The notes beneath the pieces were generated by a model that made no database searches, was not told where the DNA came from, and saw only the letters and a program-made list of their open reading frames with translations. 38,977 nt of DNA from Armatimonadota bacterium (GTDB lineage Bacteria; Armatimonadota; UBA5829; DTLH01), in contig JBDKUN010000013.1 of assembly GCA_039679675.1 (NCBI GenBank), positions 1 through 38,977 of the forward strand. The letters run 5' to 3'. A program made the translations under genes and the position numbers. Positions 7,925 to 17,690 of this stretch are shown in pieces (position 1 is the first letter of the stretch; each line of letters opens with the position of its first letter).

Positions 7925-9874
7925 TTACCGCACTTTGGAGCCTGCCGGTACATCTTCGTCCGGCCGTAAAATTACTGCTCTGCCGTCAATATCGGCGGCG
8001 AGCATCATACCATTCGATTCGACCCCGCGGATTTTCGCGGGCTGCAGGTTGGCAAGAAGCACGATCTTCTTACCAACAAGCGTTTCCGGTTCGTAGTACT
8101 GCGCTACACCGGCTACAATGGTCCTTTCTCCGCTGCCGTCGTCTACAGTAAGCTGAAGCAGCTTGTCGGCTTTCGGCACTCTCTCGGCAGTCTTGACCTC
8201 TGCGACCCTTATGTCGAGCTTTGCAAATTCATCGTAAGTGATATAAGCCTGCTCCGGTTTGGCCTCGGCTTCTTTAGGCTGCTCAGTTTCCACTTTTTTC
8301 TCCTTCTTTTTCTTCTCGTCGATCCTGGGGAAGATGGGCTGCGGGCCGCTTATCTCTGTTCCGGGGGTGAGTCTGCCGAACTCAACCGCATCCGCCCAGC
8401 TAATCTTGCTGAAGTCTTCTGACGCGCCCAGCTGCCGCCAGATCTCTTTCGCCACAGTCGGCATCAATGGAGATATCATAATCGCTGTTGAGCGCAGAAG
8501 TTCCATTACGGAGTAAAGCACGACAGCCGCTTCAGCCTTCTTTTCTTCTTTCATAAGCCGCCACGGTGCTTTGTCGTCTATGAACCTGTTCCCGCTCCCG
8601 ATGACTTGCCAGATAGCTTCAAGCCCCTTGGTAAACTCAAGGTTAAGAAACGCCGATTCGGTTTCACTGGCTGCTGACACGATTTTGGCTTTCATCTCTG
8701 TGTCTATTCCGGCATTTTGGGGGATAATCCCGCCGAAATATGACCTGACCATCGAGAGTGTTCGGTTCAAGAGGTTGCCGAGGTCGTTTGCCAAGTCGGA
8801 ATTGAACCTGTGGATGAGTGCGTTCCAGGAGAAATCCGCGTCCTGACCGAGCGGAACTTCTCTCGCCACGAAATATCTGATGGTATCGACCGAGACTTCT
8901 CTGGTTGCGCCAGAAAGCTCTGACAAGTCCGCTGCGAGTTTGGCAGGAGAGATGGCGTTGCCTTTCGACTTCGAGATCTTTTCTCCCTCGATAGACCAGA
9001 ACCCATGCCCGAAGAGCACCTTGGGAAGCGGGAGGCCGAGCCCCATGAGGATCGCCGGCCAGAAAGTGCAGTGAAACCGGACAAAAATCTCCTTACCCAT
9101 AAGCTGCACATCCGTCGGCCAGGTGCGTTCGAACTTTTCTTTATCCGTAAGCCACCCGGCTACCGTCAGGTAGTTGATGAGCGCGTCAAACCAGACGTAG
9201 ATGACTTTGTCGGGCTCGTCCGGGACAGGTATACCCCAACCACGGTTTGTGCGTGAGATGGAAATGTCATGCAGCCCCTGTTTGATGAAACTGACTACCT
9301 CATTCTTGCGGAACTCCGGCTGGAGGCACTTCGGATTGGCTTCGATCCATTCAAGCAGCCTGTCCTGGTAAGCGGAAAGCCTGAAGTAGTAGTTTTCTTC
9401 CTGTACCCAGCTCACAGGCTTACGGCATTCGGGGTTCGGACAAAGCCCATCAGTCACTTCGGACTCGCGGAAGAACGTCTCATCTGAAACGCAGTACCAA
9501 CCTTCGTAAGTGCCTTTATAGATGTCGCCCTTGTCCCTCAGCCTGCGGAAGGCTTCCTGCACGGCTTCGATGTGCCTAGGCTCAGTGGTTCGGATGAAAT
9601 CATCATTGGTTATCTCAAGGTCTTTCCAGACTTCTTTGAACTTCGGGGCGATGCTGTCTACGAAGGCCTTCGTATCCATTCCTGCGTTCTCTGCGGCTTC
9701 GGCTACCTTTGTGGCGTTTTCGTCGGTGCCTGTTGCAAAGAGGACCTCGCGCCCGCGGAGCCTCTGGAACCGCGCGACTACATCGGAGATGAGAGTTGTG
9801 TAGGCATTTCCGATGTGAGGCACATCATTGACGTAATAAATCGGTGTAGTTATATAGAAGACTTTATTATCCAA
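7925..9874 (-). CDS. metG: Methionine--tRNA ligase with C-terminal tRNA-binding domain
   Basis: FYITTPIYYVN.PHIGN (HIGH), KISKS (KMSKS) and YVWFDALINY. Start set at TTG 9874 after AGGGAG; the track's longer N-terminus overlaps the FmdB gene. Confidence 0.95.
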   Translation of the reverse strand: MDNKVFYITTPIYYVNDVPHIGNAYTTLISDVVARFQRLRGREVLFATGTDENATKVAEAAENAGMDTKAFVDSIAPKFKEVWKDLEITNDDFIRTTEPRHIEAVQEAFRRLRDKGDIYKGTYEGWYCVSDETFFRESEVTDGLCPNPECRKPVSWVQEENYYFRLSAYQDRLLEWIEANPKCLQPEFRKNEVVSFIKQGLHDISISRTNRGWGIPVPDEPDKVIYVWFDALINYLTVAGWLTDKEKFERTWPTDVQLMGKEIFVRFHCTFWPAILMGLGLPLPKVLFGHGFWSIEGEKISKSKGNAISPAKLAADLSELSGATREVSVDTIRYFVAREVPLGQDADFSWNALIHRFNSDLANDLGNLLNRTLSMVRSYFGGIIPQNAGIDTEMKAKIVSAASETESAFLNLEFTKGLEAIWQVIGSGNRFIDDKAPWRLMKEEKKAEAAVVLYSVMELLRSTAIMISPLMPTVAKEIWRQLGASEDFSKISWADAVEFGRLTPGTEISGPQPIFPRIDEKKKKEKKVETEQPKEAEAKPEQAYITYDEFAKLDIRVAEVKTAERVPKADKLLQLTVDDGSGERTIVAGVAQYYEPETLVGKKIVLLANLQPAKIRGVESNGMMLAADIDGRAVILRPDEDVPAGSKVR

Positions 9875-9906
9875 AACAATCTCCCTGACCCGCCTTCCAC
9901 ACGGGC

Positions 9907-10134
9907 TTAATGACAACAGCCGGAGCAGCCCCCTGAGCATTCGCCTCCGCAGTCGCAGCTTCCGCCGCATGAGCAGGATGAACCGTCCGATGATGTGCTT
10001 CGCCCGAAAAACGTCGAGAACAACTTGGTCGCTTCGCCCCCGCAATCCGGGCAAGCGGCGTCGTTCTGGCCCATTTTACAGAGCTTCTCGAATTTTCTAT
10101 CGCAGTTATTGCATCTGAATTCGTAAATCGGCAT
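9907..10134 (-). CDS. FmdB-family zinc-ribbon protein
   Basis: MPIYEFRCNNC...CPDCG and a Cys/Gly-rich tail. Confidence 0.85.
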   Translation of the reverse strand: MPIYEFRCNNCDRKFEKLCKMGQNDAACPDCGGEATKLFSTFFGRSTSSDGSSCSCGGSCDCGGECSGGCSGCCH

Positions 10135-10158
10135 TTTATAGCTATCAGCTTTCGGCTG

Positions 10159-11097
10159 TCAGTCCTCGGCAGGGATGCTGGGATCTTCTATTATTCCTTC
10201 TGCTTCCTGTTGATCGTCTTCAGGCTCCGCTCCCTGTTCCCTGATGGGTTTACAGCTGGCTTCCTTCATCGGGCAACCGAAGCCGTGGCGGCGGCAGCAC
10301 CCGGTCAAATTTAACTCATTTGCCGGGATAATCAGAGTCACCGGGCCTTCGAGCTCCACTGTGAGTGTGTTCGAGACCACATTGATATCTACCACCTTGC
10401 CGACTCCGCGTTCCGTCTGAACGACCGCGCCGACCGCAGGCAGGCATTCCTTTGCATACTTATAAAATTCATGCTCATATCTGAGGCAACACATCAGCTT
10501 GCCGCAAACCCCGGAAAACTTGGCGGGGTTGAGAAACAGACTCTGGTCCTTTGCCATCTTCATCGAGATTGGATCGAAGTTGGAAAGGAAACTTGTGCAG
10601 CAAAGCTCTCTACCGCAGGTGCCGAAACCGCCGATCAGTTTGGCTTCGTCACGCACGCCGATCTGGTGGAGCTGTACCTTGGTCTTGAGCGTCACTCCGA
10701 GATCTTTGACCAGCTCTCGGAAGTCGACCCGGCCTTCGGCGGAGAAACAGAAGGTTATCATCGATCCGTCGAAGCTGTATTCGGCTTCGAGGAGCTTCAT
10801 CGGCAGGTTGTGCTCAGCGATTTTCCGCAGGCAGAGATCGAAAGCATCTTTCTCGCATTCGCGGTTAGTGGCTGCGCATTCGAGATCGGATCCTGTAGCG
10901 ACTCTGATGATCTTCTTGAGCGGCGCTACGAGTTCATTCTCCGAAATTTCGCGCGGCTCGATCATTACCTCGCCGAATTCGACCCCGCGGGCCGTCTCCG
11001 CTATAACAAAATCCCCTTCATGGATTGTAAGCTCGCCAGGATCGAAATAATAGACCTTCCCGACCCTTCTGAAGCTAACACCAACAACCAGTGGCAT
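10159..11097 (-). CDS. ricT: PSP1-domain protein (YaaT/RicT)
   Basis: GRVDFRELVKDL, IGVRDEAK.IGG.G.CGRELCC and SGVCGKLMCCLRYE. Confidence 0.9.
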   Translation of the reverse strand: MPLVVGVSFRRVGKVYYFDPGELTIHEGDFVIAETARGVEFGEVMIEPREISENELVAPLKKIIRVATGSDLECAATNRECEKDAFDLCLRKIAEHNLPMKLLEAEYSFDGSMITFCFSAEGRVDFRELVKDLGVTLKTKVQLHQIGVRDEAKLIGGFGTCGRELCCTSFLSNFDPISMKMAKDQSLFLNPAKFSGVCGKLMCCLRYEHEFYKYAKECLPAVGAVVQTERGVGKVVDINVVSNTLTVELEGPVTLIIPANELNLTGCCRRHGFGCPMKEASCKPIREQGAEPEDDQQEAEGIIEDPSIPAED

Positions 11098-11141
11098 AAG
11101 TGTATATCAGCCCTTCATAAATAGGCGGTTTATCAAGCGCC

Positions 11142-11228
11142 ATTGTACCATATTCGGCTTCCAGCGACAAGCAGAGTTCGATTGAAAACGCACTCTCGAT
11201 TGACACGAAGTTGGCCCGATGCTATTCT
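11142..11228. promoter_or_regulatory. Divergent sigma70 promoters
   Basis: Minus strand: TTGTCG-N17-TACAAT (11170-11142). Plus strand: TTGACA(11200)-N17-TATTCT with TG extension. Confidence 0.6.
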
Positions 11229-11394
11229 TATACTCGGATCGACCATGGAGTTTCAGGTATTATCTGAAACTCGTTTGTTGTATTAATAGCCAAAATTCTG
11301 TAGATGCTTCAATAACACATCTTAGCCCTCTTTAATTCGTGAAGCGAATGAACCTTATGCAAAGCTTGAGTAATGCGGTTAGTGGAGATTAGCC

Positions 11395-12543
11395 TTGAGA
11401 CTCTATCGAGCACTCTGTGTAAGTGGACTCCTTATGTTCCTGTGTATCCAGCCACAGATACCGGCAAAACATGCCGCCTGGGTAATGGATAGCAGTGACG
11501 AGGCAGGCGCATCGCTGAACCTGGTCTGGAAACGGACTATCGGAGTCCCTGTCTCGCTGTCAAGCTCCCCAAACGGCAAATACATAATTTACGTAAGTAA
11601 AGAGGGAAAGCTCCTGTGCCTGGGAGACGGCGGAAAAACTGTTTGGAAGATACTTCTTCCCGGAGTCGACTGTGCTGCAGCCGGTCCGGACGGTTCCGCG
11701 GTCGCATTCTCATATCTGAACCCTATAGACACTACGGCCTACTTCATATCGCCGGACGGCAAGTTACTCTGGCAGCACAGCGTGAAAGGCGCGGTCTGGA
11801 GTGCCGCTGCATCGAGCGAACCAGGTAAATTTGCCGTCGGCACCGGCGAGCGCTATTGCTACATCTATACGGTCTCCGATTACAGGCACCGTTACAAGAG
11901 GTGGAAACTGGCAGGAGTGCCGAACTCCATAAAATTCTCAGCAGACGGAAATTCCATCATATTCGGTTCCTGGCAGGACGCGGGTATCGGCGCCTACAGC
12001 CTGGAAGGATCCAAAATCTCATGGCACTCAGGAAAACCTGACAGGCTCTACAGTATAGATGTTTCGCCATCAGGGAATTTCGCGCTCGTCACCGCCAGGC
12101 CGAACCGTAATTCGCCGGAATGCTCCGTCCATCTCAAGGATGCCGGGTTGAACGAGCTCTGGGTGAAGGAGTTCCAGGGTTATGGGTTGACTGCAGACCT
12201 CGACCGCGCGGGCAGGTTCGTCGCAGTCGGCTACCAAAAATCCATCGTGCATAAGGACAAGGAAGTCCAGGAAAACCACATCGCGCTTTTCGACCGCAGC
12301 GGGGAGATGGTATGGGAAAAGGGTGGCATGTTCGGGGACTGGAACCTGCTACAGGTCTGTGCAGACGGACACCTGCTGCTCTACGACAACACCGGGCATA
12401 TTTACATCCTGAGCAGTGATGGTAAAGTGCTTCTGCGGGACAAACTCCCCGCAACTGTCCGCAAATTCGTCCGAATACCCTCAAGAACTGCCGTCGTCAT
12501 AAGCTGCGGCGACGGCCAGCTTTGCATGTACGCCGTTAGGTAG
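11395..12543 (+). CDS. Secreted beta-propeller (PQQ/WD40-like repeat) protein
   Basis: Signal-peptide-like N-terminus and repeated S.DG..LW blades. Confidence 0.7.
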   Translation: MRLYRALCVSGLLMFLCIQPQIPAKHAAWVMDSSDEAGASLNLVWKRTIGVPVSLSSSPNGKYIIYVSKEGKLLCLGDGGKTVWKILLPGVDCAAAGPDGSAVAFSYLNPIDTTAYFISPDGKLLWQHSVKGAVWSAAASSEPGKFAVGTGERYCYIYTVSDYRHRYKRWKLAGVPNSIKFSADGNSIIFGSWQDAGIGAYSLEGSKISWHSGKPDRLYSIDVSPSGNFALVTARPNRNSPECSVHLKDAGLNELWVKEFQGYGLTADLDRAGRFVAVGYQKSIVHKDKEVQENHIALFDRSGEMVWEKGGMFGDWNLLQVCADGHLLLYDNTGHIYILSSDGKVLLRDKLPATVRKFVRIPSRTAVVISCGDGQLCMYAVR

Positions 12544-12560
12544 TCGGTTTAATAAAAAAT

Positions 12561-12592
12561 CTCTCTCGGGCTGTATTTGCAATGCAGCCCGG
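12561..12592. repeat. 32-bp palindromic repeat, identical copy at 34991-35022
   Basis: CTCTCTCGGGCTGTATTTGCAATGCAGCCCGG at both loci. Confidence 0.9.
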
Positions 12593-12662
12593 CATCAGCG
12601 CAAGCAGTCCCAGAGCATTCTGAATCGCGAAATGCGCGAAGGATCGCGAAAGATTCGAAACT

Positions 12663-12706
12663 CGACACCTACGGCGTCGGCTTCGGCAGCAAGCGGTCCG
12701 AAGCAA
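12663..12706 (+). repeat. Minimal copy of the hairpin + GCTTCGGCAGC-AAGCGGTCCGAAGCAA motif
   Basis: Matches 198-225 joined to 345-360. Confidence 0.7.
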
Positions 12707-12714
12707 AGGGAAAA

Positions 12715-12741
12715 CGTCATGCTGAACTTGATTCAGCATCC
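12715..12741 (+). repeat. CGTC-tagged REP-like palindrome
   Basis: CGTC-ATGCTGAA-CTTGA-TTCAGCAT-CC, same architecture as the copies at 21771 and 21809. Confidence 0.75.
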
Positions 12742-12897
12742 AGGAAAGCTTTCCAAATTGGTGGAGACTCGTAGCTTAAAAGTAGATGCTGTAAGTCTCT
12801 ACCATTCGTGAAATCCGCTAAATCCGCGTAATTCGCGTTTCAAAATGACGGATAGTGGATGAACTCCAAATTCTGTTCCTTCTCTCAGCCTATTCGC

Positions 12898-12926
12898 TTG
12901 ACGATAATCAGGCCTGTCACTAAAAT
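12898..12926 (+). promoter_or_regulatory. sigma70 promoter for mtaB
   Basis: TTGACG-N17-TAAAAT. Confidence 0.6.
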
Positions 12927-12988
12927 ATGCTTGGATATTGACTATTTCGCGGGCCGATTTCGGCCCGCTTGTTTTTTGTTTATTTATT

Positions 12989-14230
12989 ATGCCTACAGTT
13001 GCTTATTACACGCTCGGATGCAAGGTCAACCAGTATGAGACGGAGAAAATCCGCGAGAAACTAGAAGAGAATGGTTTCTCTACGGTAAGCTTCGCCGCGC
13101 CTGCCGACGTCTACATCATAAACAGTTGCACCGTCACTGGTATGGCCGACGCCAAGTCCAGAAGGGCGATCCGCCAGGCCGTGCGCCGCAACCCGGAGGC
13201 TTTCATAGTCGCCACCGGCTGCTACGCGGAGCTCGAAGCCCCCAGAATAGCTGAAATCGAGGGTGTCGATCTCGTAATCGGCAATGGTGAGAAAGACACG
13301 ATTCCGGAGAGGATCATCGCCCGGTTCCCTGGCCTGATTGGAGACGGTCACATCGTCCGACCGAGGGTCAGGACCCGCGCAGTCGTCAAAGTCCAGGACG
13401 GCTGCAGCCAGTTTTGCGCCTACTGCGCCGTACCTTACGCGAGAAGCAGGGAGTGGAGCAGGAGTATACCCGATGTACTGAGCGAGCTTAACGCGCTGGC
13501 CGGATTCGGGTATAAGGAAGTTGTCCTGGCCGGTATAAGGCTCGGCTCGTATAAACCGGGGCTCGCGAAACTGATCCGCGCAGCGGCAGATATAGATGGA
13601 ATAGAGAGAATCAGGCTGAGTTCGATAGAAGTATGGGAAATCGACGACGAGCTTTTATCCGTGTTGTCGGAGAGCCATAAGGTCTGCCGCCATCTCCACG
13701 TTCCGCTTCAAAGCGGCGACGGAGGAGTGCTGAAAGGCATGCACAGGCCGTATACACCGGATGAATATGCCGAAACAGTCCGAAAAGCGCGCGAAGCCGT
13801 TCCTGAGCTGGGGCTTACGACCGATGTTATGGTAGGATTTCCGGGCGAGTCGGAAGATGCAGCCGGGAGGTCTTACGAATTTGTTCGGCAGATGGGTTTT
13901 ACCCGGCTCCATGTGTTCAGATACTCTCCCAGGAAAGGGACTGAAGCAGCCGGGATGGCGGGGCAGGTCCCGGAGCCGGAAAAGACGCGTCGAAGCGAAA
14001 AAATGATAGAACTGGGGTCTCTTCAAGCCCGGCAGTTCGCCGAACGGTTGGTTGGCCGCACAATTAATGTCCTTGTTGAGGCGAAACGGCCTGAGGTTCT
14101 GACTGGACTGACCGATAATTATGTCGAAGTCCGATTCGCGGGAAGCGACCGCCTTCGTGGAAAGATCGTTCCTGTGAGGATAGATCGGGTCGATGAAGAC
14201 GGAACCGCAATCGGGGAGATGCAAAGATGA
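12989..14230 (+). CDS. mtaB: tRNA t6A37 methylthiotransferase
   Basis: TLGCKVNQYE, INSCTVT, KVQDGCSQFCAYC and a C-terminal TRAM domain. Start set at ATG 12989. Confidence 0.92.
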   Translation: MPTVAYYTLGCKVNQYETEKIREKLEENGFSTVSFAAPADVYIINSCTVTGMADAKSRRAIRQAVRRNPEAFIVATGCYAELEAPRIAEIEGVDLVIGNGEKDTIPERIIARFPGLIGDGHIVRPRVRTRAVVKVQDGCSQFCAYCAVPYARSREWSRSIPDVLSELNALAGFGYKEVVLAGIRLGSYKPGLAKLIRAAADIDGIERIRLSSIEVWEIDDELLSVLSESHKVCRHLHVPLQSGDGGVLKGMHRPYTPDEYAETVRKAREAVPELGLTTDVMVGFPGESEDAAGRSYEFVRQMGFTRLHVFRYSPRKGTEAAGMAGQVPEPEKTRRSEKMIELGSLQARQFAERLVGRTINVLVEAKRPEVLTGLTDNYVEVRFAGSDRLRGKIVPVRIDRVDEDGTAIGEMQR

Positions 14231-14571
14231 CAGATTGTATTTTCTGCAAAATTGCAAAAGGTGAGGCCGGAAAACTGGTCTACGAGGACGATAAGGTCGC
14301 CGCGTTCAACGATTTGAACCCGCAGGCGCCGGTGCATATCCTTATCGTGCCGAAAAAGCACATCGAAAAAATCGCGGATATAACAGACGGAGAAGATGCC
14401 TGCCTTATTGGGCATATTTTCGCCGTAGCCGGGAAACTCGCGAAAGAGCGAGGCATAACCGAACCGGGTTACAGGGTGGTTGCGAACAACGGAGAGGCTG
14501 CGGGACAGTCTGTCTGGCATATTCACTTCCATTTGCTGGGCGGGCGAGAGTTCGGCTGGCCTCCGGGTTAG
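14227..14571 (+). CDS. Histidine triad (HIT) nucleotide-binding protein
   Basis: DCIFCKI, GQSVWHIHFHLLGGR..WPPG. Confidence 0.93.
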   Translation: MTDCIFCKIAKGEAGKLVYEDDKVAAFNDLNPQAPVHILIVPKKHIEKIADITDGEDACLIGHIFAVAGKLAKERGITEPGYRVVANNGEAAGQSVWHIHFHLLGGREFGWPPG

Positions 14572-14572
14572 C

Positions 14573-14602
14573 TTGACACTGGACATTCGCGGCGGGTATA
14601 AT
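14573..14602 (+). promoter_or_regulatory. Consensus sigma70 promoter upstream of rpsU
   Basis: TTGACA-N18-TATAAT. Confidence 0.7.
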
Positions 14603-14753
14603 GTCATTTGACACAAGAAGAGAATACTGCGAACGGCTAGAGGGTATGTGGTCCAAACGGAATTGGCTATTGACTATTTAACTATTACTGCCAATCCTCC
14701 TTACCCGCGACGCGTGCTATAAAGCCGAGCGCATTCAGGAGGAGGGATTATGG

Positions 14754-14936
14754 TTGGCACAGGTACAGGTAAAGCCTAATGAGCCTCTTGACAGCGCACT
14801 GAAGAGGTTTAAGAAAGCTCTGCAGCAGACCGGCGTTCTGAAAGAAGCCAGAGCTCATGAGCATTATGAGAAGCCTAGCGACAAAAGGCGCAAAGCCGAG
14901 GCGGCTCGAAAACGCAAGATGCGCACTGGAAGATAA
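14754..14936 (+). CDS. rpsU: 30S ribosomal protein S21
   Basis: [12 protein letters not shown]...[17 protein letters not shown], strong RBS. Confidence 0.95.
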   Translation: MAQVQVKPNEPLDSALKRFKKALQQTGVLKEARAHEHYEKPSDKRRKAEAARKRKMRTGR

Positions 14937-15006
14937 GCTAAGCATCTCGTGTGATTTTATTGGGCCTGGAGCCGTCGGCTCTGTTTAATGGGAGATACGG
15001 GTCCGG

Positions 15007-15462
15007 GTGATAAACATGTCGCATAAAGAAAAGCTAAAAAACGATCTTAAGACTGCAATGAAGGCGAGGGATGAGTTGAGAATATCAACGATTCGCCTCG
15101 CCCTCTCGGCAGTTAGGAACCTGGAGATCGATAAAGGTCGGGAACTCACAGACGAGGAGACTCTAGAGGTACTCGCGAAAGAAGCAAAAAGTCGACGCGA
15201 GAGCATTGAAGGGGCTGAAAAAGCCGGTCGTCCTGATATTGCTACTAAGGAGGCACAAGAACTCGAGATCCTGACTGCTTATATGCCTGAACAACTCGAT
15301 GAAGCCGAAATAGAGCAGTTGGCAAAAGAAGTTGCTTCTGAAATCGGCGCTGCCGGTCCTAAAGACCGCGGCCGCATGATGAGCGCGCTTATGCCTCGCG
15401 TAAAAGGCCGAGCGGACGGTAAAGCCGTAAGCCGGGTTGTCGAACGCATTTTACAGAGTTAA
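15007..15462 (+). CDS. yqeY: GatB/YqeY domain protein
   Basis: DLKTAMKARD, YMPEQL and GRADGK. Follows rpsU. Start could be 15016. Confidence 0.9.
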   Translation: MINMSHKEKLKNDLKTAMKARDELRISTIRLALSAVRNLEIDKGRELTDEETLEVLAKEAKSRRESIEGAEKAGRPDIATKEAQELEILTAYMPEQLDEAEIEQLAKEVASEIGAAGPKDRGRMMSALMPRVKGRADGKAVSRVVERILQS

Positions 15463-15473
15463 TTCCCGCAAAT

Positions 15474-17690
15474 ATGAAACCCCACTTGCCTCTACCCAGC
15501 AGAGGCCGAAAAAAAAACTCCGAACGGAAAAGCGTTAGGCGTCGGAGAGTAGATATCCAGCGGACAGGACTTGCAGTTGCCACTGCTTTGATATTGTCTT
15601 TTCTGCTTTGCATACATCTACTCCCTGATAAGGTTACTCTCGCGCCTGGAGATATAGCTCCTGCAGATATTCGTGCCCACAGGTCCGTCAGGTACAGTGA
15701 CTCCTACGAGTTCAGAAAGCAGCAGGCGGAGGCTGCGTCTTCAGTCAGCAAGGTGTACGATTACGTTCCGACAGCCCTGAACCAGTCGCTCCGTGATACA
15801 AGTGCGCTGTTCGATGCCATCAGTTCCAGCCGTAGTACCCAGGGGCTGTCAGCTGAGAGCAGAGCTGCGCAGGCAAGAGCGCAGATAAGGAACCGCGTGG
15901 GGATAAATGTGCCGCTGCAGCCGATTTTGACGCTTGTGTTGGCGCCTGATAAAGTTTTCAACCATGCAAGAGACGTAACTATAACGCTCGTCAGGAAATC
16001 GATGTCTGGGGAAGTGAAGGACGATGTCTCCGAGATCTCCAAAATCCAGTCGCATGTGAGTTCAGCAGCCGAGGTATCGCTCGGCAGCACGAGATATGCG
16101 GCTGCTGTGTCTGATATGGCGAGGCTTGTGATCCGCCCCAACATGATATTCGATTTCGAAAAGACTGCGAACGATAGGGAACGGGCGCTGGAGAATGTGA
16201 AACCCGTCTATAAGGACATAAGGACGGGTGAACTGGTAATTGCAAAGGGAGAAGTGGTCACCAGGCAGCACATCGAGAAGTTCACTGCGCTCGGACTTAG
16301 GCAGAGACGTGTGGATTACCGCACAATATTCTCCATTACGGCGTTCGTATCGTTTTTGGTCGGGCTGGTAATCATCTATCTGGCGAGGTATCAGCCTTCT
16401 ATCTACAAGACGACGCGGCTCCTTGTGATGTTGTCGCTCGTTGTAGTGGTCAGCATACTGGGGCTCAAGGTCGGCGGAGGGCTGCTCGGCATCACATCGG
16501 GAGTGCAGCTCGCTTACATAGGAATGATGTTCACGACTACCGCCGCAATGGTGCTTGCGGTGCTCCTCAACCCGCAGATTGCGGTGATGATCGTTGCTGT
16601 GCTCTCTATTGCCGCCGGACTCGTCACGAACTACGAGATGCGGTATGCCGCGTCGACGCTCCTTTCTGGGCTGGTTGCGATCTATGCTGTGGCAAATATC
16701 AGGGGGATCGGCGACCTGATGAGGGCACTCGGCGCGATTGCGATCACGAATGTGGTGCTTGTCTGGATAATGGGCGGACTCCTTGGAGATTCAGCCGTCG
16801 ATATGATGAGTTCGTCCGTGTGGGCAATACTGCTTGTGGCGCTGCCGGCGACATCGCTTTTCTGGTATATCACATGGCTTCTGGAGCGTCCGTTTAAGGT
16901 TACGACGCACATCTCGCTTCTGGAACTTGCCGATACGAACAAACCGATACTTAAAAGGCTGGTAGTCGAAGCACCGGGGACCTATACGCACAGTATGGCT
17001 GTCGGGAACCTTGCCGAGGCGGCGGCGGAGGCGATAGGAGCTGACGGTTTGTTCGCCAAGGTTGCGTCTTACTACCATGACATCGGCAAGATCAAGCGTC
17101 CGCACTTTTTCGTAGAAAACCAGAGTATAGAAAACGCGCATGACAGGCTTAACCCGACGCTTTCCGGCCTGGTTATAACGTCTCATATAAAGGATGGGCT
17201 CGAAGTTGCAAGGGAATTCAAGCTGCCGCCGAGCATCCAGGACATAATTTCGCAGCACCATGGGACATCACTGGTGCAGTATTTCTTCAACCAGGCAACT
17301 GAGCAGATTGAGCCGTCGCCGCTTCTCGAACAGCAGTTCAGGTATGAAGGCCCAAAGCCTCAGTCGAAGGAAGCCGCAATAATAATGCTTGCGGACTCCG
17401 TCGAAGCAGCGTCGAGGAGCCTGGCGAAGCCGACGATCCCGCTGCTTGAATCGCTGGTTGAAAAAATAATCGCTGATAAATTAGGAGACGGGCAGTTGGA
17501 TGAGTCGGAGCTGACTTTCCGCGACATCGGTATCGTCAGAGATGCGTTTATCCACACTCTGGCTGGTACGCTCCATGCTCGTATAGAATATCAGAACTCC
17601 GTATCATCGGAGAACGGCAAGGTAACGGCAAATGGAAATTCTGATCAGGAACTCGCAGGCGCTTCCGGTAAAACAGAAGAGGCTGACTGA
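15474..17690 (+). CDS. pgpH: 7TM-HD phosphohydrolase (PgpH/YqfF-like c-di-AMP phosphodiesterase)
   Basis: Extracellular domain, multiple TM helices, APGTYTHS, YYHDIGK, QHHGTS and MLADSVEAA. Confidence 0.85.
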   Translation: MKPHLPLPSRGRKKNSERKSVRRRRVDIQRTGLAVATALILSFLLCIHLLPDKVTLAPGDIAPADIRAHRSVRYSDSYEFRKQQAEAASSVSKVYDYVPTALNQSLRDTSALFDAISSSRSTQGLSAESRAAQARAQIRNRVGINVPLQPILTLVLAPDKVFNHARDVTITLVRKSMSGEVKDDVSEISKIQSHVSSAAEVSLGSTRYAAAVSDMARLVIRPNMIFDFEKTANDRERALENVKPVYKDIRTGELVIAKGEVVTRQHIEKFTALGLRQRRVDYRTIFSITAFVSFLVGLVIIYLARYQPSIYKTTRLLVMLSLVVVVSILGLKVGGGLLGITSGVQLAYIGMMFTTTAAMVLAVLLNPQIAVMIVAVLSIAAGLVTNYEMRYAASTLLSGLVAIYAVANIRGIGDLMRALGAIAITNVVLVWIMGGLLGDSAVDMMSSSVWAILLVALPATSLFWYITWLLERPFKVTTHISLLELADTNKPILKRLVVEAPGTYTHSMAVGNLAEAAAEAIGADGLFAKVASYYHDIGKIKRPHFFVENQSIENAHDRLNPTLSGLVITSHIKDGLEVAREFKLPPSIQDIISQHHGTSLVQYFFNQATEQIEPSPLLEQQFRYEGPKPQSKEAAIIMLADSVEAASRSLAKPTIPLLESLVEKIIADKLGDGQLDESELTFRDIGIVRDAFIHTLAGTLHARIEYQNSVSSENGKVTANGNSDQELAGASGKTEEAD

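Noticed and set aside
9875..10054. 60-aa N-terminal extension of MetG from the ORF track
   Set aside because: Overlaps the FmdB gene. A TTG with an RBS sits just before the conserved FYITTPIYY.
17632..17690. 59-bp pgpH/ybeY overlap as a frameshift
   Set aside because: Both proteins appear complete. The overlap covers only a low-complexity PgpH tail.
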